Assembly: GCA_030704615.1 (NCBI GenBank)
Contig: CM060731.1
Location: forward strand, 33,294,001 to 33,358,000
DNA from: Takakia lepidozioides
Taxonomy: Eukaryota; Plantae; Bryophyta
DNA length: 64,000 nucleotides
Direction of reading: 5' to 3'
Position numbers and translations under genes: made by a program. How positions within the stretch are numbered: position 1 is the first letter of the stretch; each line of letters opens with the position of its first letter. Below, piece by piece: positions 63,927-64,000 of this stretch. The notes below the pieces were generated by a model, which was given only the letters and a program-made list of their open reading frames with translations, had not been told where the DNA came from and ran no database searches.

Positions 63927-64000
63927 TCTTCAACTCAGCACACAACGTTTCACAGTAATAAAGAGGTCCTGCACTGTGCTGCTCTTCTTATGGTGGTGAA

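Overview
Eukaryotic nuclear DNA from a land plant. Gene content and repeat style suggest a non-seed plant, but the species cannot be fixed from sequence alone. Six host genes are visible: the 3' part of a UBR1/2/3-PRT6-family E3 ligase (+), a five-finger CCCH zinc-finger gene (+), a VOC/glyoxalase gene (-), an intronless PORR-domain gene (+), RNase H2 subunit A (-) and UBP26/USP48 (+). Introns and the 22-33 kb and 37-45 kb spacers hold two RTEX-like LINE families, concatenated LINE 3' tails, tRNA-derived SINEs, several TIR elements and gene-fragment pseudogenes (ULP2/SPF-like SUMO protease, pTAC13/NusG-like, ECA3-like). The most notable observations are: (i) a UBR-family ligase whose C-terminus looks unlike canonical PRT6; (ii) a conserved, covarying 3' RNA stem-loop shared by several retroelement tails that occur as concatemers; (iii) a tandem double insertion of a long-TIR element with three copies of a 7-bp TSD; (iv) an apparently circularly permuted ULP2/pTAC13 pseudogene block; (v) twin 175-nt homologous introns next to a captured ECA3 exon. 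Exon coordinates were read by eye and may be off by a few bases. Family assignments rest on remembered motifs, not database searches.
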